Counted from the first letter of the stretch, positions 18,581 through 29,215 are shown. The stretch: DNA of 64,000 nucleotides from Candidatus Tayloriibacteriota bacterium (GCA_903893855.1 CAITNV010000054.1:32562-96561), one strand, 5' to 3'. Notes: generated by a model from the letters alone, not told the origin. Program-made: numbers and translations.

Positions 18581-20152
18581 TTAGTTTACACCATTATTCG
18601 CAGTCGGGCTAAATGTCTGACAAGCATAGAGCCGGTTATTTGCATCTGACTGTATTGGATCGATGGTAGAACGCAATGTGGTTAGATCTGTATTTGATTG
18701 GGTTACTGCTGCAGTTGACGGAAGGTTACCACTCGCCGCTAAGCCCTGTAACTGCTGGCTTGGATCATTGAGGCCGGTTGCGTTCTGGGCGTCTGAGAAT
18801 TTATTTGCAAGATCAATCAATGATTGATATGAAGAGCTTGCATTGTTGTATTTTACGGTGCTCTGGGCTACAAGAGGCGCGACTTGGGTAAGAATTATAG
18901 TGTTAATCTGGTCTAGCTGACCTTGAGCATGAGCGACCGCAAGTGCATTCGTTTGATTACCTACACCGTAACTTGGTTGTGAGTACTTTGTAATCAAATC
19001 GTTGTTACAACTTTGTGCTTTATTGAGTGTCGTTTGTGCAGCAAGTACAATGTTGAGGCCTACTTGGGCGTTCTGTGTTACTTGTTGAGCATTGTTTAAA
19101 TACGGCTGTATATTATTAATCGTAGACGCCTGTACAGATTGAAGATTATTGCTCTGCTCAGCTTGTATTTGCTGAACATACGCGGTGTTACTTGTTCCAT
19201 TTGAACCGCTAATTGCACCAAGGCCACTCTTAAGTGCAATAAGAACGAGCTGAGAGAAAGCGGCATTAATAATCGCATTAATATCATTTGCGAGTTCAAG
19301 CTCATCAGTTGGTACGCCGAGACTTTTATTAAGTGTGGCCGAAATAGCGCTTCCTGGTGTCTGAACCTCACAATCCTGTCCTGTACCTTGGCCCGAATAG
19401 TCTTCTGGATCGTCAGTACATTTTTCGAAAGAAAGAAAGCCGTTCGCACTTAAAACAAAGTTTTGTTTTAAGGTGACTTGTTGGCCGATTTTTGCATTGA
19501 GATCACTTTGTGCAAGAAGAAATGCACCATTTGGATTGTTTGCTGGTACTGTGGTTAACGTAAGAAATGCCGGCCATCCTCCTTGTCGGAAATCACCAGC
19601 CGTAAAGCCATTTATTGAAGCACCTTTAACGGCGTTCTTTGTATTCTTTACCATGTCACTTAATGTACATGTATAGGGGTTTTTGATTCCTCCCGACATC
19701 TCGAGTGCTAGAGAGATTCGAACACTTATATTAAATGGGCTACAAAGGCTCGCCGCGAGAGGGCTGACACTTGAGAGGAATTTACCCGCAATCTGATCAC
19801 CCACTCCTTCGAAGAATTTTGTTGGATTCTGGATAAAAGAAGGGCTACCATTAAAACCTGAGTTAATCCAAGAGATTATACTAAGGGTTAATTGTTGAAG
19901 TATTTGCTTCACAATCATTACCGCTACTTTATCGAGGCTAAAAGATTTTAGTTGAAGTAATGACTCGGATTGTGCGGATACTCCAGCAGATGCTGCAATT
20001 GTACTAGTGTTTGTTTCTACAAGTATGTCTGAGACGATGTCCCCCGCTCCAAACAATGCATCAACCTTTTTTGGTGCATAAAGTTGTGAGCTTGCAAGTA
20101 CAACAAGCGCGAAGGATATAATGATTGATGTTTTTTTAAAAAAGAAATTCAT
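18581..20152 (-). CDS. Exported Cys-containing protein with Gln/Asn-rich helical C-terminus (T4SS-like cluster)
   Basis: Signal/TM, WINSGFNGSPSF, LCSPF, C..QTPG. Confidence 0.65.
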   Translation of the reverse strand: MNFFFKKTSIIISFALVVLASSQLYAPKKVDALFGAGDIVSDILVETNTSTIAASAGVSAQSESLLQLKSFSLDKVAVMIVKQILQQLTLSIISWINSGFNGSPSFIQNPTKFFEGVGDQIAGKFLSSVSPLAASLCSPFNISVRISLALEMSGGIKNPYTCTLSDMVKNTKNAVKGASINGFTAGDFRQGGWPAFLTLTTVPANNPNGAFLLAQSDLNAKIGQQVTLKQNFVLSANGFLSFEKCTDDPEDYSGQGTGQDCEVQTPGSAISATLNKSLGVPTDELELANDINAIINAAFSQLVLIALKSGLGAISGSNGTSNTAYVQQIQAEQSNNLQSVQASTINNIQPYLNNAQQVTQNAQVGLNIVLAAQTTLNKAQSCNNDLITKYSQPSYGVGNQTNALAVAHAQGQLDQINTIILTQVAPLVAQSTVKYNNASSSYQSLIDLANKFSDAQNATGLNDPSQQLQGLAASGNLPSTAAVTQSNTDLTTLRSTIDPIQSDANNRLYACQTFSPTANNGVN

Positions 20153-20158
20153 TATATT

Positions 20159-21079
20159 TTAATGTAAATTTGGCGCAATGATATATCCCGCTTCAGTTGG
20201 TGTGAATGTGATATTTGCTGATTTCAAATATTGACCGACCTCAGTTAGGGCATTTGAAAGATCTAGAACACCTTTTTGATATGCACTAAGTCCCGCAAGA
20301 CTTGTAATGCCGTCAGAATATACTTTCGCTAGGCTTTCATCGGCAAATACTATTTCATTCATTGCATTTACGAGATCAACATGAATTTTTGTTAGCGCTG
20401 ACGGTGCCGGAGTTGCGATAAAATTTTTTAAAATGTTTTGATACGAAGTGATGATCGGGTCGAGCTGTTTGAGCAAGTCAGGGTTCTTTGTATTGAGGCT
20501 GTTTTGCACAATTTCCGGTTCGTATGAATGAATTGTGGTGTTAGCCTTGATGACGGTGACAATAGAATTAACGTATCTTTTAATCGAAATGACGCTATTA
20601 TCAGGTGTAATTAAGATATCTTTTGAGGTGTAAACTTTCGGAGTCGCAATATATGTCCCATCGGCCAAGACCTGATTAGTGATCTGTTGTTGAATTTGCG
20701 GGTCATTAAAATTAACTCCTGCCTTTTGGTATTCAGCATATTTTGAAAAGAGATCTCGGCTAAAAAGGTCAGTCGCCGTAAGGTTAGTTTGTACTGGTGC
20801 CGCTTTCCCTGTTGCCCATGTTGAACTAGCTCCGAGTGTTCCAGAAAGAGACTTTTGCCAATTACCCTCATATGCAACAAGTGAGTTTTGTATAGATGTT
20901 GTAGCGGTCATAATTGCTTTATTGAGCGTAGCAACCTGCTGCTGTTGAGCAACACTCGCATCATTTTGGTATTTTGAAACCACAAAAGCACCAAGGATAA
21001 TAAGGACAGCAGTCGTAATTAGTATAAAGTTTTTAGCGCTAGGTTGTTTCAAGGCGTGTAGCTGGCTAGTAATTTGCAT
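20159..21079 (-). CDS. Membrane-anchored helical hypothetical protein (first gene of the cluster)
   Basis: Single N-terminal TM; P.P......H..L.N pattern; ATG at 21079. Confidence 0.65.
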   Translation of the reverse strand: MQITSQLHALKQPSAKNFILITTAVLIILGAFVVSKYQNDASVAQQQQVATLNKAIMTATTSIQNSLVAYEGNWQKSLSGTLGASSTWATGKAAPVQTNLTATDLFSRDLFSKYAEYQKAGVNFNDPQIQQQITNQVLADGTYIATPKVYTSKDILITPDNSVISIKRYVNSIVTVIKANTTIHSYEPEIVQNSLNTKNPDLLKQLDPIITSYQNILKNFIATPAPSALTKIHVDLVNAMNEIVFADESLAKVYSDGITSLAGLSAYQKGVLDLSNALTEVGQYLKSANITFTPTEAGYIIAPNLH

Positions 21080-21174
21080 ATAGAGCAAATTACATAGATG
21101 CCACTAAAATTATAACAAATATATATAGCTAATAATAGAGATAAACTGCTGTTTTTAAGCGTTTATGTGGAAAA

Positions 21175-22080
21175 CTAAATGATGTATGAACTAAGGGCGA
21201 ACGTAATGTCCTTCCAGTCATTTAGAGACAGTTCTTCGGCACGAATTGTCGGAGAAAATCCTTTGTTTTGCCACAAAGTGCGAATTTTTTCTTTAAAAGC
21301 TTCAATTGTCTGTTTTTCGGAAGTATTTTCGAGTAATGATTCGAGATTTTTAATTAAAACCTTTCGTTTGTGTGCGAAGCCAGTTTTAACAACCTCAAAA
21401 AAGCTTTTCTCGTCAATAGCTATGTTTTCAGCCGTAAAAAAGTCTTTCGATATGTTGTCTATGTATAATAGAGCAGAATCAACGTTGGGAATTGGTCGAA
21501 AGAAGCGGGCGGGCACGGTCGTGACGAATTTTGGTGACCCATAAGCCTTTACGCTTATTGATAATATGCTCTCTTTTTCTCGATTTGATCCTGAATTTAC
21601 CGCGGTATTAACAGAAATACGCTTCGCGACTTCTTTTTGGAGCATTAAAATCATTCTTTTTGGTGGAAACTGGGTTTCTAGAAATTTACGGAGGAATTCT
21701 CCGGTGATGTAATACGGAATATTCGCTGCAATTACATAATTTAGTCCTTTAAGCCCGATATTTTCTGGGTCAATTTCAAGAACATCTCCGTGAATTAGTG
21801 TGAACTGTCTTGTAGACATGCTCGAAGCGAATTTTTCTTTAAGAAAATCGATCGCGCGGTCATCTTTCTCGATTGCAATAACTCGAATGCCTGTTGCGAG
21901 TAGTTTCTCTGTCAGTGCGCCCTTCCCCGGTCCTACTTCAAAGACTATTTCGTCCGCTTCCCCACCAGCCTCCACTCCAATCCTTGCGGCGTGAATCATT
22001 TTGCCAATGACATTTGGAGCATGGAGGAAATTCTGTCCAAGGGATTTTTTGGCGGTAAAGTTATTGTTCGGCTCTTGCAT
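21175..22080 (-). CDS. rsmA: 16S rRNA m6,2A dimethyltransferase RsmA/KsgA
   Basis: KKSLGQNFL, EVGPGKG, ANIPYYIT, QKEVA, P.P.VDS. Confidence 0.97.
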   Translation of the reverse strand: MQEPNNNFTAKKSLGQNFLHAPNVIGKMIHAARIGVEAGGEADEIVFEVGPGKGALTEKLLATGIRVIAIEKDDRAIDFLKEKFASSMSTRQFTLIHGDVLEIDPENIGLKGLNYVIAANIPYYITGEFLRKFLETQFPPKRMILMLQKEVAKRISVNTAVNSGSNREKESILSISVKAYGSPKFVTTVPARFFRPIPNVDSALLYIDNISKDFFTAENIAIDEKSFFEVVKTGFAHKRKVLIKNLESLLENTSEKQTIEAFKEKIRTLWQNKGFSPTIRAEELSLNDWKDITFALSSYII

Positions 22081-22101
22081 GTACACAGTATACTTAATCT
22101 A

Positions 22102-24009
22102 TTAAAAATCGATAGAGAGGATTGATAATAACTCTCGCGTTTCCTCTATTAAATCTTTATCAATGTCACTGATAAATTGCGATGGAGTATTTACCTTTTG
22201 TGTGCCGAATATGGTCCGAAGTTGAGCATAGCTTAAGAACACCTTCTTTCGTGCGCGCGTGATTGCAACATAAAAGAGTCTTCGTTCTTCCTCTTCTGCT
22301 GCTTGCGTAACGTTGTTCTCGTTCATGCGCTTGTGCGGAAAAAGATCTTCCTCAAGGCCTGTGATAAATACATAATCAAATTCAAGACCCTTCGAAGCAT
22401 GCACGGTCATAAGCTTAACTGCGCGGTTAGTTCTTTCCAATTCATCTTGATCAGTTGCGAGAGCGGCATTCTCAAGAAGTGTCTCAACAGAGCCATATTG
22501 TGACGCAACAGATACAAGTTCACGAATATTTTCTAGCTTTTCTTGGTCGTCCGGCGTGCCATTTTTAAATGCAGTTTCCATACCAGTTTCTTGCATAATG
22601 TACTTGATCAGAGTCGCGGGAGTTTCTTTCTCCGCGAGCGCTTTGATGCGATCAAGTAGCTTTGTAAATGAAGCAACTTTCTCTCGAAGTGATGGACCGA
22701 GCGTCGCAGCTTGACCAGAGATGACTTTAAGGATTGTCGCTTTACCGATTCCGCGCGGCGGAATATTTATTATGCGGACGAGGTCATTTGAACTGTCACG
22801 ATTAATTGCTGCACGGATAAATGAAAGCACATCTCTAATCTCTTTACGGTCGAAGAATCGAGTGCCGAGTATTTGATACGGGACCTTTTCACGGAGGAAT
22901 GCTTCTTCGAGTGCTCTCGATTGAAAGTTTGCTCTATAGAGTACAGCAATCTCGCTTGGATCCTTCCCTTCTCGAATAAGATCACTAGCTTTACTTGCGA
23001 TCGATCTCGCTTCATCAACTTCTGTGTAAGATATAGTTACCTCGATTTTTTCTCCAGCTACATTTTTTGTAAAAAGGGTTTTCTTACGTCGAAGGGTGTT
23101 TTTCTCAATTATTGCATTGGCTGCCGCAAGAATGGTTTGTGTGGAACGATAGTTTTCCTCGAGTAAGATCACTTTTGCTTCAGGATAATCTTTCTCAAAA
23201 TTTAAAATATTGTGAATAGTTGCCCCTCTCCAGCTGTATATATTTTGGTCGATATCACCAACCACAGCGAGATTTTTGTTATTTACGCAGAGTAGTTTAA
23301 CGATTTCATATTGTACGGTGTTGGTGTCCTGATACTCGTCAACGTGCACGTATTTCCATACAGAATTGTAATAATCACGGATTTCTTTGTCATGTTTCAA
23401 TAAAAGGGCAGTTTTTAGTAGTAAATCATCAAAATCAAGCGATTTTTCCTTGCGGAGCGTAGCTTCATAGCGATCCCAGACATCAGCGACGATATTAGAG
23501 AAATAATCATGGACTTTTTCGCGGTAGGCCTTATTAGTGACTGCGTTTCCCTTTTCTCTCGATATTGTGTTTAAAATGATTCCCGGTTCATACTGTTTTG
23601 GGTCTAGAGAAAGGCTTTCTACCGCGTCTTTTACAGCTTTTTTTGAATCATTTCGATCGTAAATTGTGAATTGTCGAGGAATATCGAGCCGTGCGCACTG
23701 TTCTTTGATTATGTGCACACCTAAAGCGTGGAATGTGCTTACAAATGGCCGTTCTTGTATTGATATTGGACGATTTATCATTTTATCGTCAGAAAGTAGC
23801 TTATTTACACGCTCACGCATCTCTTTTGCGGCTTTGTTTGTGAATGTTATGGCTAGGACAGATGAAGGATTGGTGCCTTTTTGAATTAAATTAAGGATTC
23901 TGTGAGTAATTGTCTTGGTTTTTCCAGCTCCAGCACCTGCAAGGATCAATAATGGTCCCTCGGTCGTTTCAATAGCTTCTTTTTGCTGCGGGTTAAGGTT
24001 ATTTTCCAT
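22102..24009 (-). CDS. pcrA: UvrD/PcrA ATP-dependent DNA helicase
   Basis: AGAGAGKT, DEYQDTN, NYRS, HASKGLEF, EEERRLFYVAITRA. Confidence 0.95.
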   Translation of the reverse strand: MENNLNPQQKEAIETTEGPLLILAGAGAGKTKTITHRILNLIQKGTNPSSVLAITFTNKAAKEMRERVNKLLSDDKMINRPISIQERPFVSTFHALGVHIIKEQCARLDIPRQFTIYDRNDSKKAVKDAVESLSLDPKQYEPGIILNTISREKGNAVTNKAYREKVHDYFSNIVADVWDRYEATLRKEKSLDFDDLLLKTALLLKHDKEIRDYYNSVWKYVHVDEYQDTNTVQYEIVKLLCVNNKNLAVVGDIDQNIYSWRGATIHNILNFEKDYPEAKVILLEENYRSTQTILAAANAIIEKNTLRRKKTLFTKNVAGEKIEVTISYTEVDEARSIASKASDLIREGKDPSEIAVLYRANFQSRALEEAFLREKVPYQILGTRFFDRKEIRDVLSFIRAAINRDSSNDLVRIINIPPRGIGKATILKVISGQAATLGPSLREKVASFTKLLDRIKALAEKETPATLIKYIMQETGMETAFKNGTPDDQEKLENIRELVSVASQYGSVETLLENAALATDQDELERTNRAVKLMTVHASKGLEFDYVFITGLEEDLFPHKRMNENNVTQAAEEEERRLFYVAITRARKKVFLSYAQLRTIFGTQKVNTPSQFISDIDKDLIEETRELLSILSIDF

Positions 24010-24054
24010 AATGTAGAAGATAAACTATAGCACAATTTTACCCACAGGGCTTCA

Positions 24055-24083
24055 TTGACTTTTTGCATTTTTTCGACTATTCT
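24055..24083 (+). promoter_or_regulatory. Sigma70-type promoter of the M23 peptidase
   Basis: TTGACT-N17-TATTCT, preceded by DnaA-box-like TTACCCACA at 24038. Confidence 0.55.
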
Positions 24084-24206
24084 TGCATAGAAATGTTAAA
24101 AATCTTATTTTATTATATGGCTCAATAAAGCCATTTAATAAAATAAATACTGATTAGTCTGTTACGGTTCACTCCGTGTACCCCTTCCCGATTTATCATT
24201 TCTATT

Positions 24207-25388
24207 ATGCAATTTTTCTCCCAAGAACGTTGGTTATATAGGTTACAACAGATAAAGGCATATCCAAAAGAGCTTATCCTCGCTTTCATCTTGGTTATTA
24301 CTTCATTTGTTTTCCCCACGATAGCAAATGCGGGTTTTTTCTCATTTGTCACAGACTTTTCTGCAAATAAAGCATCCGCAGAGACCAGACCTGCAACCAC
24401 GACAAATAACCCTCCGGAGAAGGTCACTTCACAGAATATGGTTATTTTAAGCGCTGCAATAAACCCTAATCCGAACCCCGACACTATCAGTTCAAGCGAT
24501 TTACCGATTTTAGGTAATGCTATAGCCCCAGAAGCTGCGACACTCGATAGTGCTACTAATACTATTGGCTTTGTAAACACTGCAATTAGTACGTATGTAG
24601 TTCGCCAAGGAGATACTCCAGCTCTTATTGCCAAGCTTTTCGGTGTTTCGGTTAATACCCTTATTTGGGCTAATGATTTGTCAGCCAACCCTATTTTGAC
24701 ACCCGGTCAGACTATCGTTATCTTGCCTGTTTCGGGCATTAACTATACTTTTAAAAAGGGTGACACCCTTCAGGCCGTCGTAAAGAAATTTAATGCTGAT
24801 TTGACTGAAGTTTTGCAATATAATAACGTTACTGCCACGTCAACATTGGCCATCGGAGATTCTATTATTATCCCTGATGCTGAACTTGGAACAATTAAGG
24901 CACCTTCAGCTAATGTGCAGAAGACTACCACAATTGCTCGATATACCGGTAAAGGTATTCCGCCGCGATCACTTTGGGGTGTTACTGGAGAAAATCCCGC
25001 TCATGATACAAATGGGCCAGATCTCGGAGACTATTTTATCCGCCCAGTTGCACATGGTGTAGTTACACAAGGTTTGCACGGGTTTAATGCTGTTGATATC
25101 GCTGCGCCTGTTGGAACACCACTTCTCGCTTCTGCTGCAGGTACAGTTATTGTTAGCAAGACTTCTGGTTGGAATGGTGGTTATGGAAATTATATTGTAA
25201 TTAGCCATCCTAATGGCACGCAGACAGTTTATGGACATGCAAGCAAGAACTATGTAAGTGTCGGACAAACAGTATCACAGGGGCAAGTTATTGGACTTGT
25301 TGGCAAAACAGGTGAAGCGACAGGGGCTCATGCCCACTTTGAAATACGAGGTGCTAAAAATGACTTCGCTACGCCAGTCGCTTTCTAG
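24207..25388 (+). CDS. LysM-domain M23 family peptidoglycan endopeptidase
   Basis: Two LysM repeats (YVVRQGDT, YTFKKGDT); H.A.D, GGYGNY, YGHA, ATGAHAHFE. Confidence 0.92.
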   Translation: MQFFSQERWLYRLQQIKAYPKELILAFILVITSFVFPTIANAGFFSFVTDFSANKASAETRPATTTNNPPEKVTSQNMVILSAAINPNPNPDTISSSDLPILGNAIAPEAATLDSATNTIGFVNTAISTYVVRQGDTPALIAKLFGVSVNTLIWANDLSANPILTPGQTIVILPVSGINYTFKKGDTLQAVVKKFNADLTEVLQYNNVTATSTLAIGDSIIIPDAELGTIKAPSANVQKTTTIARYTGKGIPPRSLWGVTGENPAHDTNGPDLGDYFIRPVAHGVVTQGLHGFNAVDIAAPVGTPLLASAAGTVIVSKTSGWNGGYGNYIVISHPNGTQTVYGHASKNYVSVGQTVSQGQVIGLVGKTGEATGAHAHFEIRGAKNDFATPVAF

Positions 25389-25389
25389 A

Positions 25390-26913
25390 TTATTGATTAG
25401 TATTTCTCTGGCGATATTGCAAGGCTTCGAGTATATGTTCTTTTTTAATTTCAATTGATTTTGCTAGGCAGGCTATAGTCCTAGCCACTCGTAATGTACG
25501 CAGGTATGATCTACCTGAAAGGTGTAACTTTTTGGCATATTCTACATACAAATTCTCTGATTCTTTCGGCGTGTAGAATTTTTCTTTATGTTCAATTTCA
25601 AATTGACGCGCTGAAATAACTCTTTGTCGTATTTTGTCTGATGATTCTGGTCGTTCTGTTAGGTTATTGGTGTTTTTGTTTACTAAAAATTTATCATATT
25701 CGACTTGAGATAGTGTTACCCACATATCGATACGGTCGATAATCGGGCCTGAGATCTTCTTTTGGTATTGTAATAGTTCCCGATATGAACAAATACATTT
25801 CTTGTCGCTAGGGCGAGGACTAAAGAGCTTTGAGGCGTTTGCATAACCACAAGGACAAGGATTCATGGCTGCAATAAATATGCATGCAGCAGGATAAGTG
25901 ATTGAACCCTTTGAGCGTGTAATTGTAATCTTCTGTTCTTCCAGTGGTTGGCGCAATGTGTCAATTGCATAACGATTGAATTCTGGAAACTCATCCATAA
26001 AGAACACACCCCTATGCGCCAGTGTTATTTCCCCTGGTCGCATTGTAGCGCCACCACCTGTGAGTGATATATGAGAAGAAGTATGATGAGGAGACCGAAA
26101 TGGTGGCATCATCACAATCTCATCCCCAATAATACCTGCTATTGAGTGCACCTCTGTTACTTCAAGTATTTCTTCTTTGGTAAGCGGTGGAAGTATCGTT
26201 GGAAATGTTCTTGCAAGCATTGTCTTCCCTGTTCCAGGGGGTCCACTCATTGCAATGTTGTGTCTACCAGCTGCTGCGATTTCAAGAGCTCTTTTTGCAT
26301 TGTCTTGTCCGAATATCAAAGCAAAGTCACTATCTATTGCCTTCTGGTGAGCTACAAGTTCTATCCGTGTTGTCTTTTGGGGTGTTATGTATGAAAAATT
26401 TTTAACATGATCGACGACTTCTTTTAGTGTGTCTGCAGGGTAAATTGTGATTCCAGAAATAAGTGCTGCCTCGAATGCATTCGCTCGAGGTAAAAATATG
26501 TATTTGAAACCTATTTTCTGAGCAGCTTTTACAATAGCAAGTATTCCCCCAACCCTCCGAAGACGCCCCTCGAGCGAAAGCTCTCCAGCAAATAATGTCT
26601 TGTTGTCATTCATGACCAGATCACCTGTTGCAGATAAATATCCTATTGCCATACCAAGATCAAATACTGGACCTTCTTTTCTAATATCTGCAGGTGCAAG
26701 GCTAATTACTACGCGCTGGTTCTTTTGTTTTGGGGATATAAAACCCGCATTTTTGATAGCTGCAGATATCCTATCCTTTGATTCGGTAACTGCTTTATCC
26801 CCCAATCCGATTACAAAAAATGAATGCAGACCATTAGATATGTCTACCTCTATCGTAATAATATCTACAGTCATTCCTATGACCTGTGCTGAATATACTT
26901 TTGAAACACTCAT
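25390..26913 (-). CDS. comM: ComM/YifB Mg-chelatase-like AAA+ helicase
   Basis: LAPADIRKEG, GELSL.G, GPPGTGKT, PFRSPHH, DEFPEF, AMNPCPCG. Confidence 0.93.
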   Translation of the reverse strand: MSVSKVYSAQVIGMTVDIITIEVDISNGLHSFFVIGLGDKAVTESKDRISAAIKNAGFISPKQKNQRVVISLAPADIRKEGPVFDLGMAIGYLSATGDLVMNDNKTLFAGELSLEGRLRRVGGILAIVKAAQKIGFKYIFLPRANAFEAALISGITIYPADTLKEVVDHVKNFSYITPQKTTRIELVAHQKAIDSDFALIFGQDNAKRALEIAAAGRHNIAMSGPPGTGKTMLARTFPTILPPLTKEEILEVTEVHSIAGIIGDEIVMMPPFRSPHHTSSHISLTGGGATMRPGEITLAHRGVFFMDEFPEFNRYAIDTLRQPLEEQKITITRSKGSITYPAACIFIAAMNPCPCGYANASKLFSPRPSDKKCICSYRELLQYQKKISGPIIDRIDMWVTLSQVEYDKFLVNKNTNNLTERPESSDKIRQRVISARQFEIEHKEKFYTPKESENLYVEYAKKLHLSGRSYLRTLRVARTIACLAKSIEIKKEHILEALQYRQRNTNQ

Positions 26914-26975
26914 GCCGATATAGTAGCAGAGTGTGTTAAATTTTCTTTAAATAAAGTCTAAAGTAAAGATAGATT

Positions 26976-27341
26976 TTATTTAGCCATGTGTTCTAGGCAG
27001 GTATTTGCAGAAGAATTCGCTTCTAGACGGTCATTTTCGATTGGTTTATTGCAGATTTCGCAAACACCATATGTTCCCTTCTCAATTCTTTCAAGTGCAG
27101 AATTAACTGCGGATAGTTGTGTTTCTAGTTGTTCAAGAATCGCAGAATTTTCTTCAAAGTCTTCGATTTTATCAGCGAGTTCGTTTTCATCGGCATTGTC
27201 GACATCCATCTTCGAGGGGCTAGCTTCCCATCCCCCAGCAATCTTTGAATCAGTATGTCCAAGGCTTTTAAGCTCGGTTTCGAGCATGTTTTTTTCTGTG
27301 TTTAATTTTTTACCGAAATGCTCGAGATCTTTTTTATTCAT
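26976..27341 (-). CDS. DksA/TraR family zinc-finger protein
   Basis: Coiled coil with acidic tip DENELAD; GTYGVCEIC...RLEA...CLEH. Confidence 0.85.
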   Translation of the reverse strand: MNKKDLEHFGKKLNTEKNMLETELKSLGHTDSKIAGGWEASPSKMDVDNADENELADKIEDFEENSAILEQLETQLSAVNSALERIEKGTYGVCEICNKPIENDRLEANSSANTCLEHMAK

Positions 27342-27381
27342 AGTGGTTTTATTATTTTCGGTTATATACTACCTCATTATT

Positions 27382-28581
27382 TTAACGTATATAGCCTTGT
27401 TTTTCAATCCGTCCAACAATGTTACGGAATGTAGCTTCATCTCGTGTAATGAGTAATTTCTGGTTATCGATGAAGCCATATAAGAATAGGGGTACACCAG
27501 TAATACTCACATATTCTCGTATATTCTTATTGTCGAGGATTCTATCTTGATATGTGCCATGTACACCGATTGGGAATCCAAGAACTTGGCTTAAATCTTC
27601 AGGGATTGTCGGCTCCCAAGCTAACATTCCAGCGAATGTATTTTGAAAAAAGTTTGTGGTTACAAGCATAAATGGCGCAGCTCTGGTGTCACCAGTAGAA
27701 TCAAGACCGAACATCCAAGAATTACCAAGTGATGTTGTAAAAGAGGTCGGTGGGTTTATTTTTATTTGATACAAAAACTGCACCGGCGTAATCACCTGAA
27801 TCGTGGTGGAAGTGCTGTAATCTCGTGTTTCAAAGACTATTTCACTAATTGATCCGAGCTGTGCCGCTTGACCAGTCAATGGCTTTTTAATTTCAGTAAA
27901 TATATCAGACGGTTTAAAGTCTGTAATATCTACAATTTTTTGAAAATTAGGAGTGACAATGCTCGGTACGCTTTGTTGGTCTACTGTATTTTGTCGGGTT
28001 GTGGTTATTGGTTGTGGCGTTTTGTTTTTGTATTGACTGTAAAGATAATATCCAACGGTAAATCCACCACCAATAAGGATGACACTAATAATAATTTGAA
28101 AAAATATTTTAAGACTATTACCACCCCTCTTTTTTTCAGCTTTAACTTCTGTGTAGCTATCTTGTTGCGTATGTATTTTTTGAGGGTGCATCTGAGGGGA
28201 AACAAACACTTTTTGAGCTTGTTTCACTACCGGCACTGGTTCGATTGGTGTTGCTGGAATAAAGGTCGGTCTCGTTGTTAAGTTTACTGTTTCAATTACC
28301 GGCTCTTTTTCTGCTACCGGTGGAGTGTTTGTTGCTATTTCATTATTAGCACCTACGGGATTCATGTTAACTGTCTCTGCGGGTTGCATTTGCTCCTGTG
28401 AAGGAATTGAAGCTGTTTCCTTTCTTCGTCTATCAGCTTCTGCAATTACAATAGATGCTGTCGAGATTTTTTTCGCAGCAGCAGCTTCTGCTATATCGTT
28501 TTCATACGTACGAACCGCTGGTATTTTATAACCAACTGGTCCGTGATCTTTGTTTTGCGATTGTGGAGAGTTTTCTTCCAT
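27382..28581 (-). CDS. Bitopic membrane hypothetical protein with Pro/Gln-rich N-terminal region
   Basis: VRTYENDIA motif, central TM, C-terminal domain containing FAGMLAWE. Confidence 0.7.
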   Translation of the reverse strand: MEENSPQSQNKDHGPVGYKIPAVRTYENDIAEAAAAKKISTASIVIAEADRRRKETASIPSQEQMQPAETVNMNPVGANNEIATNTPPVAEKEPVIETVNLTTRPTFIPATPIEPVPVVKQAQKVFVSPQMHPQKIHTQQDSYTEVKAEKKRGGNSLKIFFQIIISVILIGGGFTVGYYLYSQYKNKTPQPITTTRQNTVDQQSVPSIVTPNFQKIVDITDFKPSDIFTEIKKPLTGQAAQLGSISEIVFETRDYSTSTTIQVITPVQFLYQIKINPPTSFTTSLGNSWMFGLDSTGDTRAAPFMLVTTNFFQNTFAGMLAWEPTIPEDLSQVLGFPIGVHGTYQDRILDNKNIREYVSITGVPLFLYGFIDNQKLLITRDEATFRNIVGRIEKQGYIR

Positions 28582-28609
28582 ATACGCATTATAACAGATT
28601 TAGTGTTTT

Positions 28610-29215
28610 TTATTGTTCACTCTTTTCAACGGGAGGTGTATTTGGTCGAATTCTTCGGTCTGTACGCTCACGCCGTCCTCTTTGTCCCCCACCGTTTGAT
28701 GGAGAGCCCGCAATCAGAAGATATTTACGAGGGTTTTGATCAAGGTCGATAAAGTCATCAGCCGCTTCTATAAGCTTGCTCGATGTCGATTTTCCGAAAG
28801 AAACTACTTCAACCTGACATCCTTCATGGATCTGGAGGAATTCAACGAGTGGAATAAAATCTCCATCTCCTGTAACAAGGACAACTGCATCCAGTTTTGG
28901 TGCTAATTGCACGGCATCAATTGCCATACCAACGTCCCAATCGGCTTTTTTGCTTCCTCCTGAGAATATTTGAAGGTCCTTAGTCTTCGCTTCGATCCCC
29001 ATTTTAACTAAGGCTTCGAAAAAGGCTTTTTCGTCCCCCGCTTCGGTTGTAATAACATATGCTACCGCTCGGATGAGAGAACGGTCTCCAAGGGCATCTT
29101 TGACTATTTGTGCGAAATTAACTCGTGCGTGATAAAGGTTTTTTGCTGTATGATAAAGGTTTTGCGTATCGATAAAAATACCAACTCGCTGTTCTTTGTG
29201 TTTAATAACTGCCAT
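28610..29215 (-). CDS. NYN (LabA/DUF88, PIN-like) domain protein
   Basis: IFIDTQN, K.DWDV..AID, VTGDGDF.PLV. Confidence 0.9.
   Translation of the reverse strand: MAVIKHKEQRVGIFIDTQNLYHTAKNLYHARVNFAQIVKDALGDRSLIRAVAYVITTEAGDEKAFFEALVKMGIEAKTKDLQIFSGGSKKADWDVGMAIDAVQLAPKLDAVVLVTGDGDFIPLVEFLQIHEGCQVEVVSFGKSTSSKLIEAADDFIDLDQNPRKYLLIAGSPSNGGGQRGRRERTDRRIRPNTPPVEKSEQ

Noticed and set aside
24122-24688. 188-aa minus-strand ORF and other ORFs antisense to long genes
   Set aside because: They overlap well-supported genes on the opposite strand and have no recognisable motifs.
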